A stretch of DNA of 32,000 nt from an uncultured Opitutales bacterium (lineage in GTDB: Bacteria > Verrucomicrobiota > Verrucomicrobiia > Opitutales > Intestinicryptomonadaceae), in assembly GCA_934613415.1 (NCBI GenBank), contig CAKTSY010000001.1, forward strand, positions 540,001-572,000, written 5' to 3'. Shown here piece after piece: positions 16,326 to 24,339 of this stretch. Below the pieces are notes generated by a model. That model did not search any database, had not been told where the DNA came from, and was given only the letters and a program-made list of their open reading frames with translations. Each line of letters opens with the position of its first letter. Position 1 is the first letter of the stretch. Made by a program: the position numbers and the translations under genes.

Positions 16326-17963
16326 ATGTATTCGGTAGAGGCCGTGCGAGAGGCATGGGAAAGCTCCAGACGCACAAAGAATCTGGAAGTTGAGGTTTTA
16401 CATAAAATAAGCTATGCGGTTGCCACAAAAAAAGACGTTTCGCTTTTGCTTAAGGAAGTCTTGGAAATTCTCTACCGCGAAATGGATTTGCAAAGGGGAA
16501 CTATCACCCTAAAGCAGGGCGATATTCTTATGATAGAAGCCTCGCACGGAATGACCGAAGAAGAAATAAAGCGCGGCATCTACCGAATAGGCGAAGGCGT
16601 AACTGGCAAGGTGGCGCAAACGGGCAAGTCTAGAATTGTGCCTAATATTGCGGAATCTTCAGACTTTTTAAACCGAACCAAAACAAGAGACGGCAAACAC
16701 AACATAGCCTTTATCTGCGTGCCGATTATACACTTAGGCGAAGTTATAGGCACAATGAGCATAGACCGCAAGCTAGACGCCAACGCAAATTTGGGCAGAG
16801 ATTTATGCCTGCTTGAAACAGTTTCGAACATTATTGCCGAAGCCGTTTCGGTGCTATTTTTATATAACGAAGAGCGCGAAAAGCTTATAGAGGAAAACAA
16901 CCGCCTAAAATCTGAGCTAGACGACAAACGCCCCGCAGACCTTATCGGCAACTGCAGCGCAATGCGCAAGATTTACCGCGACATAAACCAATTTGCCAAT
17001 AGCGACATTCCCGTGCTTATAAACGGCGAATCGGGCACGGGCAAAGACCTTATTAGCCGCGCAATTTGGCGGGCTTCGCGCGAATGGAACAAAAGCTATT
17101 GCGTGGCGCACTCGTATGCTTTAAGCGACACTTTGTTTGCCGCCGAACTTTTCGGCTACGAAAAGGGAGCTTTTGAAGGAGCTACCTCGCGCAAAAAGGG
17201 CTTGGTGGAAAAGGCGGAATCGGGCACGCTTTTTATAGACGAAATCGGCCAGCTGTCGAAGGAAAATCAGGCTAGGCTAAAAACCCTTTTGCAGGACAAA
17301 AGCTACCGCAGGCTGGGCTCGTCGGAAGAGCGCAAGGCGAATGTCAGAATTATTATGTCTACAAGCTACGACCTTGAAGAGCTTGTAAAAAACGGAATGT
17401 TTTTGGAGGACTTATACGCCCAAATTTCGCCCTTTAAGATAACAATTCCACCGCTTAGAAACAGGCGCAGCGACATAATTTTGCTTTCGGAATTCTTTAT
17501 AGAAAAATACGCGGTCGAAAACGGCAAAAAAATAGAGCGCATTTCCACCCCCGCAATAAATATGCTTATGGCCTACCACTGGCCGGGCAACGTAAGAGAG
17601 CTTGAAAACTGCATAGAGCGCGCTGTTATTTCGGCTACAAGCAAGGTTATTTTAGGCTACAACCTGCCGCCCTCGCTGCAAACGGGGCAGTCTACCGAAT
17701 CGGCAAAAGTTCCAAGCGAAAGCGAAACCGACTTTACCTCTATGGTAAATTCTTTCGAGCGCGAGCTTATAACCGAGGCCTTAAAACTGCACAAGGGCAA
17801 CGCCTCTTTGGCTGCAAAACACCTGAACATAACCCAACGCATAATCAACTACAAAATAAAAAAGTTCGGCATTAAACTTGAATGGTTTAAAAACAGGTCG
17901 TCGCCCTACTTTATAAAAAAGAGAATGTTGATGAAGAAAAATTCAAACGCGCTAAACTCGTAA
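16326..17963 (+). CDS. Sigma-54-type enhancer-binding protein: N-terminal GAF sensor, AAA+ domain, C-terminal Fis-type HTH; no receiver domain
   Basis: I prefer the ATG at 16326 over the track's GTG at 16308. Walker A is GESGTGKD and Walker B is TLFIDEIG. ELFGYEKGAFEGA is a variant of the GAFTGA motif. WPGNVRELEN and the HTH NASLAAKHLNITQRIINYKIKKFGI are present. Confidence 0.85.
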   Translation: MYSVEAVREAWESSRRTKNLEVEVLHKISYAVATKKDVSLLLKEVLEILYREMDLQRGTITLKQGDILMIEASHGMTEEEIKRGIYRIGEGVTGKVAQTGKSRIVPNIAESSDFLNRTKTRDGKHNIAFICVPIIHLGEVIGTMSIDRKLDANANLGRDLCLLETVSNIIAEAVSVLFLYNEEREKLIEENNRLKSELDDKRPADLIGNCSAMRKIYRDINQFANSDIPVLINGESGTGKDLISRAIWRASREWNKSYCVAHSYALSDTLFAAELFGYEKGAFEGATSRKKGLVEKAESGTLFIDEIGQLSKENQARLKTLLQDKSYRRLGSSEERKANVRIIMSTSYDLEELVKNGMFLEDLYAQISPFKITIPPLRNRRSDIILLSEFFIEKYAVENGKKIERISTPAINMLMAYHWPGNVRELENCIERAVISATSKVILGYNLPPSLQTGQSTESAKVPSESETDFTSMVNSFERELITEALKLHKGNASLAAKHLNITQRIINYKIKKFGIKLEWFKNRSSPYFIKKRMLMKKNSNALNS

Positions 17964-17973
17964 AAATCAAATA

Positions 17974-18009
17974 AAATTCCGTACCTTTAAAAAAGTATGG
18001 AATTTTTTT
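17974..18009 (+). terminator. Rho-independent terminator candidate downstream of the activator gene
   Basis: The stem AAATTCCGTAC (17974-17984) pairs with GTATGGAATTT (17995-18005), with one G-U pair and a 10-nt loop. It runs into a T7 tract at 18003-18009. Confidence 0.55.
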
Positions 18010-18035
18010 GTTATGTATGCTTTAATTTACGGCGA

Positions 18036-18533
18036 ATGAGACTTTTTTTACTACGACACAGCATTGCCAAAGAAATTTTGCCCGATTGCGATAGGCCGCT
18101 TACCGAAAGCGGCGTTGCGCAGCTCGACAAACTTTGCAGCCTGCTAGACCCCGCAATTTTCAGGAACACCGCCCAGTTGTGGCATAGCCCGTATTTAAGA
18201 GCAGCCCAAAGCGCAAAACTTTTTGCCGAAAAGCTAAATATAAAAATTCCCCTTCTTAAAACAAAAGGGCTTTTGCCCGACGATTCGTGCACTCAAATGG
18301 CAAAGACAATTGCTTCGCTTTCAACAATAGGTGCCGATTTAATGATTGTAGGGCACAACCCGCATTTAGAATCGCTTTCGCAGCTGCTGCTAAACGACAA
18401 GTCGCACAGGTGCGCCGTAAGGTTTTACCCCGCAACATTTGCGTACCTTGAATTGGCAGAATTTCCCTCGCACGAAAACGAATTCGGCATATGGCACTTA
18501 AAAAGCCTTATATCGCCTACACTTTTAAAATAG
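18036..18533 (+). CDS. sixA: SixA-type phosphohistidine phosphatase
   Basis: I prefer the start MRLFLLRHSIA at 18036. The histidine-phosphatase RH motif is present, along with RPLTESG, SPYLRAAQS and IVGHNPHL, collinear with E. coli SixA. Confidence 0.72.
   Translation: MRLFLLRHSIAKEILPDCDRPLTESGVAQLDKLCSLLDPAIFRNTAQLWHSPYLRAAQSAKLFAEKLNIKIPLLKTKGLLPDDSCTQMAKTIASLSTIGADLMIVGHNPHLESLSQLLLNDKSHRCAVRFYPATFAYLELAEFPSHENEFGIWHLKSLISPTLLK
18492..18506 (+). promoter_or_regulatory. Weak sigma-54 (-24/-12)-like element, TGGCAC-N5-AAGC, 35 nt upstream of the GT2 start
   Basis: The -24 hexamer TGGCAC is perfect and the GG-N10-GC spacing is exact. The -12 region is AAGC rather than TTGC. It lies inside the 3' end of sixA and could be a chance match. 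Confidence 0.2.
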
Positions 18534-18540
18534 CATTAAA

Positions 18541-19452
18541 ATGGATATCTCGATAATTCTTCCGCTTTACAACGAACAGGAAACTTTGCCCGCCTTCTTT
18601 GCAAAGCTTTCGGAAACAATGTCGAAAATTCCATCTTATTCGTACGAAGTTATTTGCGTTAACGACGGCAGCACCGACAACACCCCCGCAATTTTAAACG
18701 AACTGGCAAAGGATAACCCAGATATAAAAGTTATAAATTTTTCGCGCAATTTCGGCAAAGAAGCCTCTATGATGGCTGCGTTAAAATTCTGTTCCGGCAA
18801 ATGCGCAATACCAATCGACGCCGATTTGCAAGACCCCCCAAGCCTTATAATTGAATTTGTTAAAAAGTGGCAAAGCGGCTACGATGTTGTTTACGGAGTG
18901 CGCAAAGACAGAACAAGCGACGGGCTTTTTAGAAAGCTTACCGCAGGCGGGTTTTACAAGATTTACAACCTACTTGCCGAACGCCCCATTCCCTACAACA
19001 CAGGCGACTATAGGCTTATGTCGCGCAAGGTTATAGAGGCTGTTTTGTCGCTTAACGAGCGCGGACTTTTTATGAAGGGGCTTTTTAACTGGGTTGGCTT
19101 TAAGTCGTGCGCGGTAGAATATGTGCGCCCCAAGCGCGTCGGCGGGAAATCTAAATGGAACAACCTAAAGCTTTGGAACTTTGCGCTAGACGGCATTTTT
19201 AGCGCTTCTACTTTGCCCCTTAGAATTTGGAGCTATGTGGGCTGCTTTATGGCGTTTATTTCGTTCTTTGCGGCGTTTTGCGTATTGATTTTCGGAGAGG
19301 CTTCGTATGCAAAAATAACGCTGCTTTCGGTGCTGTTTTTGGGCGGCATTCAGCTTATTGCGCTTGGCATTTTAGGCGAATACATAGGCAGAATCTTTAA
19401 GGAATCTAAACAACGCCCGCGCTATATAATAGAAAGCACGAAAAACTTGTAG
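18541..19452 (+). CDS. Family-2 glycosyltransferase of the polyprenyl-phosphate sugar transferase type (GtrB/ArnC/DPM1-like) with two C-terminal TM helices
   Basis: Motifs IILPLYNE, VNDGSTDNT, SRNFGKE, DADLQDPP and YDVVYGVR are present. The C-terminal hydrophobic helices are followed by RPRYII. Confidence 0.85.
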   Translation: MDISIILPLYNEQETLPAFFAKLSETMSKIPSYSYEVICVNDGSTDNTPAILNELAKDNPDIKVINFSRNFGKEASMMAALKFCSGKCAIPIDADLQDPPSLIIEFVKKWQSGYDVVYGVRKDRTSDGLFRKLTAGGFYKIYNLLAERPIPYNTGDYRLMSRKVIEAVLSLNERGLFMKGLFNWVGFKSCAVEYVRPKRVGGKSKWNNLKLWNFALDGIFSASTLPLRIWSYVGCFMAFISFFAAFCVLIFGEASYAKITLLSVLFLGGIQLIALGILGEYIGRIFKESKQRPRYIIESTKNL

Positions 19453-19453
19453 G

Positions 19454-19489
19454 GCAAAAAAGCGGCTTGCGACAAAGCCAGTTTTTTGC
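19454..19489 (+). terminator. Hairpin plus T-tract downstream of the GT2 gene
   Basis: The outer arms are GCAAAAAA (19454-19461) and TTTTTTGC (19482-19489). The inner stem is GGCTT (19464-68) with AAGCC (19475-79). Confidence 0.4.
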
Positions 19490-19492
19490 GAA

Positions 19493-19543
19493 CACAAAAA
19501 AGCGGCAAAAGAGCAAATTCTTTTATGCCGCCTTTTTGTTTTT
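19493..19543. terminator. Bidirectional Rho-independent terminator between convergent GT2 and lpxA
   Basis: The stem GCGGCAAAAG (19502-19511) pairs with CTTTTATGCCGC (19520-19531), with one bulge. It is flanked by an A-tract (19495-19500) and a T-rich run (19533-19543), so it reads as stem plus U-tract on both strands. Confidence 0.6.
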
Positions 19544-19554
19544 GCGTTAAAAGA

Positions 19555-20331
19555 CTATAGCAAACCGCGCTCTGTAGAATTTTCCGCAAAATGTATTATA
19601 GCCTGAAGCACCCTGTCGGAAGCTTCGGGGTGTTTGCGCAATTCTTCTATTGCCTGCGGACGCGCATAGTGGCGTTTGTAGATAATCTTAAACGCGCTAA
19701 ACGCCAAGTCTATTTCGGCAACAGTGTAGGCGTTTCTTTGCATATTAACCTTGTTTATTGCGCAAACCGCCGCGGGCGAGCCGTCGGCCATAAAAAACGG
19801 AGGCAAGTCTTTTACAAGTTTAGACGATGCGCTTAGCATTGCGTACGCGCCTATTCTGCAAAACTGGTGCACACCGCTACCCCAACCTATTACGGCGTGG
19901 TCTTCAACCTTAACGTGGCCGCCCAAAGCGGCGTGTGCACTCATAACAATGTAGTTGCCAACGATGCAATCGTGCGCAATGTGGCTGTAGGCCAAAATGT
20001 TGTTGTTGTCGCCAACTATTGTGTTTTCGCCGTCTTTTGTGGCGCAGTGGGCGGTTGTATATTCTCTAAATACGTTGCCCGAACCTATCTTAAGCCCGGG
20101 GGTGCCCCCTACAAATTTAAGGTCGTGGGTTTTGCCGCCTATAAACGCATAGGGAAAAACCTGATTGTTTTCGCCCATTTCGGTAAGGCCGTCTACTGTG
20201 GCATGGTGCGCAATTACGCTGCCCGCGCCAATCTTTACACTTGCGCCAATATACGCATAGGCGCCGACTTGCACGTTGTCGTCTAGCTGGGCGCCCTTTT
20301 CAATAATGGCAGTAGGATGTATATTTGTCAT
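19555..20331 (-). CDS. lpxA: UDP-N-acetylglucosamine acyltransferase LpxA
   Basis: A 258-aa protein starting MTNIHPTAIIEKGAQLDDNVQVGAYAYIG, with left-handed beta-helix hexapeptide repeats and an LpxA-type C-terminal helical domain. Confidence 0.92.
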   Translation of the reverse strand: MTNIHPTAIIEKGAQLDDNVQVGAYAYIGASVKIGAGSVIAHHATVDGLTEMGENNQVFPYAFIGGKTHDLKFVGGTPGLKIGSGNVFREYTTAHCATKDGENTIVGDNNNILAYSHIAHDCIVGNYIVMSAHAALGGHVKVEDHAVIGWGSGVHQFCRIGAYAMLSASSKLVKDLPPFFMADGSPAAVCAINKVNMQRNAYTVAEIDLAFSAFKIIYKRHYARPQAIEELRKHPEASDRVLQAIIHFAENSTERGLL

Positions 20332-20355
20332 AACCGCTATTTATTTTTAAATTCG

Positions 20356-21702
20356 TTAAACCGTTTCGGGGGCTGCAACTATTGCAAACATAATTTCGGC
20401 CGACGAAACCGTTTTGCCGTCTACACAACACTCAGCCGTTGCGCATGCAAATTTTTCGCCGCGCGTTTTTGTTATTTTTACGTCTATTTGAATTTGGTCG
20501 CCCGGCTTTACGGTGTTACGAAACTTTACGTTGTCGGCACTCATAAAATATGCAATTTTGTTTTCGCCGTTAACGTGCCTTAGCATAAGCACGCCCGCCG
20601 CCTGCGCCATTGCCTCGAGCTGCAAAACCCCCGGCATTACGGGGTTGCCAGGGAAGTGCCCCTGAAAAAACGGCTCGTTAATTGTAACGTTCTTTATTGC
20701 AGTAAGAGACATATTGTCGGGGCTAACCTTAACGACTTTGTCTATCATCACAAAGGGGTATCTATGCGGCAACAAATCCAAAATGCGGCGCGAGTCCAAT
20801 ACCTCTTCGGTAAACATCTTTACCTTGGGCGAAAGAGACTTTGCCGGAGTAGAATGCTCTTCGGCGGGCACGGCAGTCATTTGCTCGTAGATTGCCTTTG
20901 TAAGCTTTGCGTTAAGCGAATGCCCCGGGCGCACGGCAATTATGTGTGCTTTAAGTTTTTTGCCCAGCAAAGCCAAATCGCCCATAAGGTCTAAAATCTT
21001 ATGGCGCACAAACTCGTCCTGAAAACGCAGGGGCTCTTTCGACAAAATTTTGTCGCCCTTAATAACTATTGCAGAATCTAAGCTGCCGCCCTGAATTTTG
21101 CCCATTTTAAGCAAGGGCTCTATATCTTCGTAAACTGTAAATGTGCGCGAAGGAGCAATGTCGGACTGGTAGAAATCCGGATACAAATCTACCGACAAGT
21201 GCTGGGTGTGAATGCCCCTGTCGTCGGCCGAAGTGCAGGTTATTTTTAAGCCGTCGTATGGCAATGCAATAAGCGAGCGGTTGCCGTCGGTTACCGAAAG
21301 CGGGCTTTTAAGAGAATAGTATTCGCGCTCGGCGTTTTGCTCTACGGGTTCTGCCTGCTGTATTAAATTTACAAAATATTTCGCCGAACCGTCTAAAATG
21401 GGGGGTTCTGCGGCGTTCATTTCGACAATAACGTTGTCGATATTCATACCGTTTAACGCCGACATAACGTGCTCTATTGTATGAAGCGAAACATTGCCGT
21501 CGCTAACGCCCGTGTTGCGTATTAAATCTGTGCCTATAAGGGTAATAGACGGCTTTATTTCGGGCTTGCCGTAAAGGTCTTTGCGCCTGAAAACTATGCC
21601 CGTATTTTCGGGGGCGGGCTTTAATGTAAGCGTTACGTCTACACCCGAGTGCAACGCTTTGCCGCTAATCGAAACTTCCCTATTTATGGTTCTTTGCTTC
21701 AT
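20356..21702 (-). CDS. lpxC-fabZ: Bifunctional LpxC (UDP-3-O-acyl-GlcNAc deacetylase) / FabZ (3-hydroxyacyl-ACP dehydratase) fusion
   Basis: I prefer the start [20 protein letters not shown] at 21702 (compare E. coli MIKQRTLKR...). The track's 21783 start would overlap obg by 76 nt. The LpxC motifs are [10 protein letters not shown] and [10 protein letters not shown]. The FabZ part contains [12 protein letters not shown] and [15 protein letters not shown]. Confidence 0.9.
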   Translation of the reverse strand: MKQRTINREVSISGKALHSGVDVTLTLKPAPENTGIVFRRKDLYGKPEIKPSITLIGTDLIRNTGVSDGNVSLHTIEHVMSALNGMNIDNVIVEMNAAEPPILDGSAKYFVNLIQQAEPVEQNAEREYYSLKSPLSVTDGNRSLIALPYDGLKITCTSADDRGIHTQHLSVDLYPDFYQSDIAPSRTFTVYEDIEPLLKMGKIQGGSLDSAIVIKGDKILSKEPLRFQDEFVRHKILDLMGDLALLGKKLKAHIIAVRPGHSLNAKLTKAIYEQMTAVPAEEHSTPAKSLSPKVKMFTEEVLDSRRILDLLPHRYPFVMIDKVVKVSPDNMSLTAIKNVTINEPFFQGHFPGNPVMPGVLQLEAMAQAAGVLMLRHVNGENKIAYFMSADNVKFRNTVKPGDQIQIDVKITKTRGEKFACATAECCVDGKTVSSAEIMFAIVAAPETV

Positions 21703-21707
21703 ATCGT

Positions 21708-22712
21708 CTATAAATTGTTCTTGGCTTTTACAGATGTGTATATTGCACTCTTTAAGGTGTCTAACCCCTCGTTTGTAAGGCACGAAACGGGGATAACGTC
21801 TACCAAAGGATATTTCTTTTTAAACGCCTTAAGGTTTTTTGCCGAGCTTTCTTCGTCCATCTTATTGGCTGCCACAAGCCTTGGCTTTTTAAGCAGGTCT
21901 TCGTTATACAAGGCAAGCTCTTTAAGCAGGTTTTCGTAGTCGTCTACAGGCTTGCGGTTGTCGGTACCCGCCATATCAAGCATAAACAAAATAGTTTTGC
22001 ATCTTTCTATATGGCGCAAAAACTTGTGCCCTAAACCCTTGTTTTCCGAAGCGCCCTCTATTAAGCCGGGAATGTCTGCCATACTTACAAAGTCGTAGGT
22101 GTCGGGGTATTTTATAATGCCAACATTAACATGCAGCGTTGTAAACGGATAACTTGCAACTTTGGGCCTTGCCATTGTTATAATGTGCATTAGCGAAGAC
22201 TTGCCCGCATTTGGGAACCCAACCAACCCTACGTCGGAAATGGTTTTTAAAACTATGTCGAACTCGCCGTATTGCCCCTCTTCGCCCATTGTGTGCTGGC
22301 GCGGAGCCTGATTTACCGAGCTTTTAAAATGCAGGTTGCCCAAGCCGCCCTTGCCGCCCTTTAGCAGCAAAATTTCCTGCCCGTGGGTAAGCAGTTCGCA
22401 AACAATGTCGCCCGTTTCGGGGTTTATAAAAACGGTTCCCGGGGGGAAATGCACGCGAACATCTTTGCCGCATTCTCCCGTTTTTTGGCGGCTTTGACCT
22501 TTTTTGCCGTCGCCCGCCTTATAGAACGGAGTATATCTAAAGCGTTCCAAATCGCCAACGTTTTCGTCGCACAGCGCGTATATGCTGCCGCCGTTGCCGC
22601 CGTCGCCGCCGTCGGGCCCGCCAAAGGGTATATATTTTTCCCTTCTAAAGCTGGCAATTCCGTTGCCGCCGTCGCCCGCCTTTAATCTGATATGTGCTTC
22701 GTCTACAAACAT
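21708..22712 (-). CDS. obg: GTPase Obg/CgtA
   Basis: I prefer the ATG at 22712 ([18 protein letters not shown]); the track's 22748 start is a TTG. The Gly-rich Obg fold contains GGDGGNGG. The G domain contains [18 protein letters not shown] and NKMD. Confidence 0.92.
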   Translation of the reverse strand: MFVDEAHIRLKAGDGGNGIASFRREKYIPFGGPDGGDGGNGGSIYALCDENVGDLERFRYTPFYKAGDGKKGQSRQKTGECGKDVRVHFPPGTVFINPETGDIVCELLTHGQEILLLKGGKGGLGNLHFKSSVNQAPRQHTMGEEGQYGEFDIVLKTISDVGLVGFPNAGKSSLMHIITMARPKVASYPFTTLHVNVGIIKYPDTYDFVSMADIPGLIEGASENKGLGHKFLRHIERCKTILFMLDMAGTDNRKPVDDYENLLKELALYNEDLLKKPRLVAANKMDEESSAKNLKAFKKKYPLVDVIPVSCLTNEGLDTLKSAIYTSVKAKNNL

Positions 22713-22734
22713 AATTATATAGACAAAAGTTTCT

Positions 22735-22752
22735 ACATTTGCCGGCAAATGT
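22735..22752. repeat. Perfect 18-bp palindrome ACATTTGCCGGCAAATGT in the ppx/gppA-obg intergenic gap
   Basis: Read directly from the sequence; its reverse complement is identical. It lies in the only gap longer than 24 nt in the 15-gene minus-strand array. Confidence 0.9.
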
Positions 22753-22757
22753 CAAAA

Positions 22758-23654
22758 TCAAAAAAAGCCCCTAAAATGCTCCATACACATACCCCATCTT
22801 AGGCTTTTCCGGGTATAGTATATTTTATCGGCGTCGAAATACTCTAGGGCTGCCAATATGCAAGTAAAAGCCGCAGCAATTATGTCGGAACGCGCGGGCT
22901 CTATCCCGTATTTTTCGGAACGCTCTTTTGCCGAAGAAGCCGCAATTTTCTTTAGCGCAAATTTAAGCTGCCCAAGCTCTAACGGCGAACCGTTTGGTGT
23001 TTTTTGCATTAAGCGCGCGGCAGCCACCGCTCCGCCCGTGGCTATAACACATCTGTTGTGCGACTTAAAGTTTGCAGCTTTAAGCTGGGCTAGGCAATAG
23101 TCGTTTATCTTTAAAATAGTTTCCTCTAAAACGGGCATTTGAGGGTTTTTTATAAACTTTTTTGTAAGCCTTACCGCCCCTATGGGTATAGACACCGCCT
23201 TTTCGGGCTTTCCGTTTTCGCAATAACCGCATTCCATACTGCCGCCGCCTAGGTCGAAAAACACGCATTTGTCGAATTTTGGCAGCGCAGAATCCGACAA
23301 CGCTCCCGACATAGAAAGCATTGCCTCGGTTTGCCCCGAAATTATGTTTATTTTAACGCCGCACTTGTCGTAAATATACCTGCAAATTTCGTCGGCATTT
23401 TGCGCCCCCCTTAATGCGGAAGTAGCGCACGCAATTATGTCGAAACTTTCGCTCTCTTTTTTTGCAAGCTCTATAAAATCGCAAATTGCTTGAACGATAA
23501 GCTCTTTTGCGTTGCCTACAAGCCCGTTTTTGCCGCAAATTCTAAAATTGGCGGTATTCGTAAAAATTTCCCTAATAGACAGCTGCGCCTTTTTTGCAAA
23601 CAGACACTTTATTGTGTTCGAGCCTATGTCTATAGCCAATACATATTCGTTCAT
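22758..23654 (-). CDS. Ppx/GppA-family phosphatase, short form (ASKHA N-terminal domains only, 298 aa)
   Basis: Motifs LAIDIGSNTIKCL, FFDLGGGSMEC and the ATGGA region are present. No C-terminal HD-like domain is present. Confidence 0.8.
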   Translation of the reverse strand: MNEYVLAIDIGSNTIKCLFAKKAQLSIREIFTNTANFRICGKNGLVGNAKELIVQAICDFIELAKKESESFDIIACATSALRGAQNADEICRYIYDKCGVKINIISGQTEAMLSMSGALSDSALPKFDKCVFFDLGGGSMECGYCENGKPEKAVSIPIGAVRLTKKFIKNPQMPVLEETILKINDYCLAQLKAANFKSHNRCVIATGGAVAAARLMQKTPNGSPLELGQLKFALKKIAASSAKERSEKYGIEPARSDIIAAAFTCILAALEYFDADKIYYTRKSLRWGMCMEHFRGFF

Positions 23655-24334
23655 ATTTGGTATCCTTCGGGTGCAATTATAACCACAAATTCGCCCTTAA
23701 CCGCGCTTTTTAAAAGCTCTTGGCGCACGCTTTCTATTGTGCCCGTAAAAAAGCGTTCGTGCATTTTTGTAAGCTCTTTTGCTATGCAAATTGCACGGTT
23801 GGGGCCAAAAACTTCAAGGGCGTCGTCTACAAACTTGGTTATTCTGTGCACCGATTCGTAGAATATTAGCGTGTGTTCGCTATTGGCATATTTTGTAAAG
23901 CACGCAATTCTTGCCGAAGTTTTTGGCGGCAAAAAGCCCAAAAACAAAAAGGCGTTTGTGGGCAACCCCGATGCGCTTAGGGCTGTTGTAAAGGCGCAAG
24001 GCCCCGTAAGCGGCACAACATTAATTTGGTTTTTGCGGCACAAGCGCACAATTCTAAACCCCGGATCGCTTATGCAGGGGGTTCCGGCGTCGGAAACCAA
24101 AGCTACGTTTTTGCCCGCCTGCAATTTTTGCAAAAGATAGTCGGCATTGGCAACTTCGCGCACGTCGGAATATACAACAAATTCTTTCGAAACCCCCAAA
24201 TGCGCGGTAAGTTTTGAAGAAACCCTGGTGTCTTCGCAGGCTACAATGTCGCATTCGCGGATTGTTTTTGCCGCCCTTTCCGACAGGTCTTCAAGGTTGC
24301 CTATAGGTGTAGGTACAATAAAAAGCGTTCCCAT
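23651..24334 (-). CDS. rsmI: 16S rRNA (cytidine1402-2'-O)-methyltransferase RsmI
   Basis: Motifs MGTLFIVPTPIGNLEDLSERA, ACEDTR, SDAGTPCISDPG and YESVHR are present. There is an ATGA overlap with the downstream gene. Confidence 0.9.
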   Translation of the reverse strand: MGTLFIVPTPIGNLEDLSERAAKTIRECDIVACEDTRVSSKLTAHLGVSKEFVVYSDVREVANADYLLQKLQAGKNVALVSDAGTPCISDPGFRIVRLCRKNQINVVPLTGPCAFTTALSASGLPTNAFLFLGFLPPKTSARIACFTKYANSEHTLIFYESVHRITKFVDDALEVFGPNRAICIAKELTKMHERFFTGTIESVRQELLKSAVKGEFVVIIAPEGYQI

Positions 24335-24339
24335 AATCT

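Noticed and set aside
16153-16428. A 92-codon N-terminal extension of the transporter ORF; the track's start is at 16428.
   Set aside because: It would overlap the divergent regulator gene and run through the AT-rich control region. The internal MKKVFLTAVVLAGVACAANA is a much better signal-peptide start.
21703-21783. Upstream extensions of lpxC-fabZ (to 21783), obg (to 22748, TTG), ftsQ (to 10143, GTG), sixA (to 17997), the EBP (to 16308, GTG) and ftsZ-like (to 12253, TTG).
   Set aside because: In each case an in-frame ATG further downstream gives the canonical family N-terminus. It also removes an overlap with the neighbouring gene. Several of the track's starts are non-ATG codons.
22713-22757. 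TTGACA and TATATAAT-like hexamers on the minus strand upstream of obg, considered as a sigma-70 promoter.
   Set aside because: The spacing between them is about 28 nt, against the ~17 nt required. The TATATAAT abuts the ATG, leaving no room for a 5' UTR.
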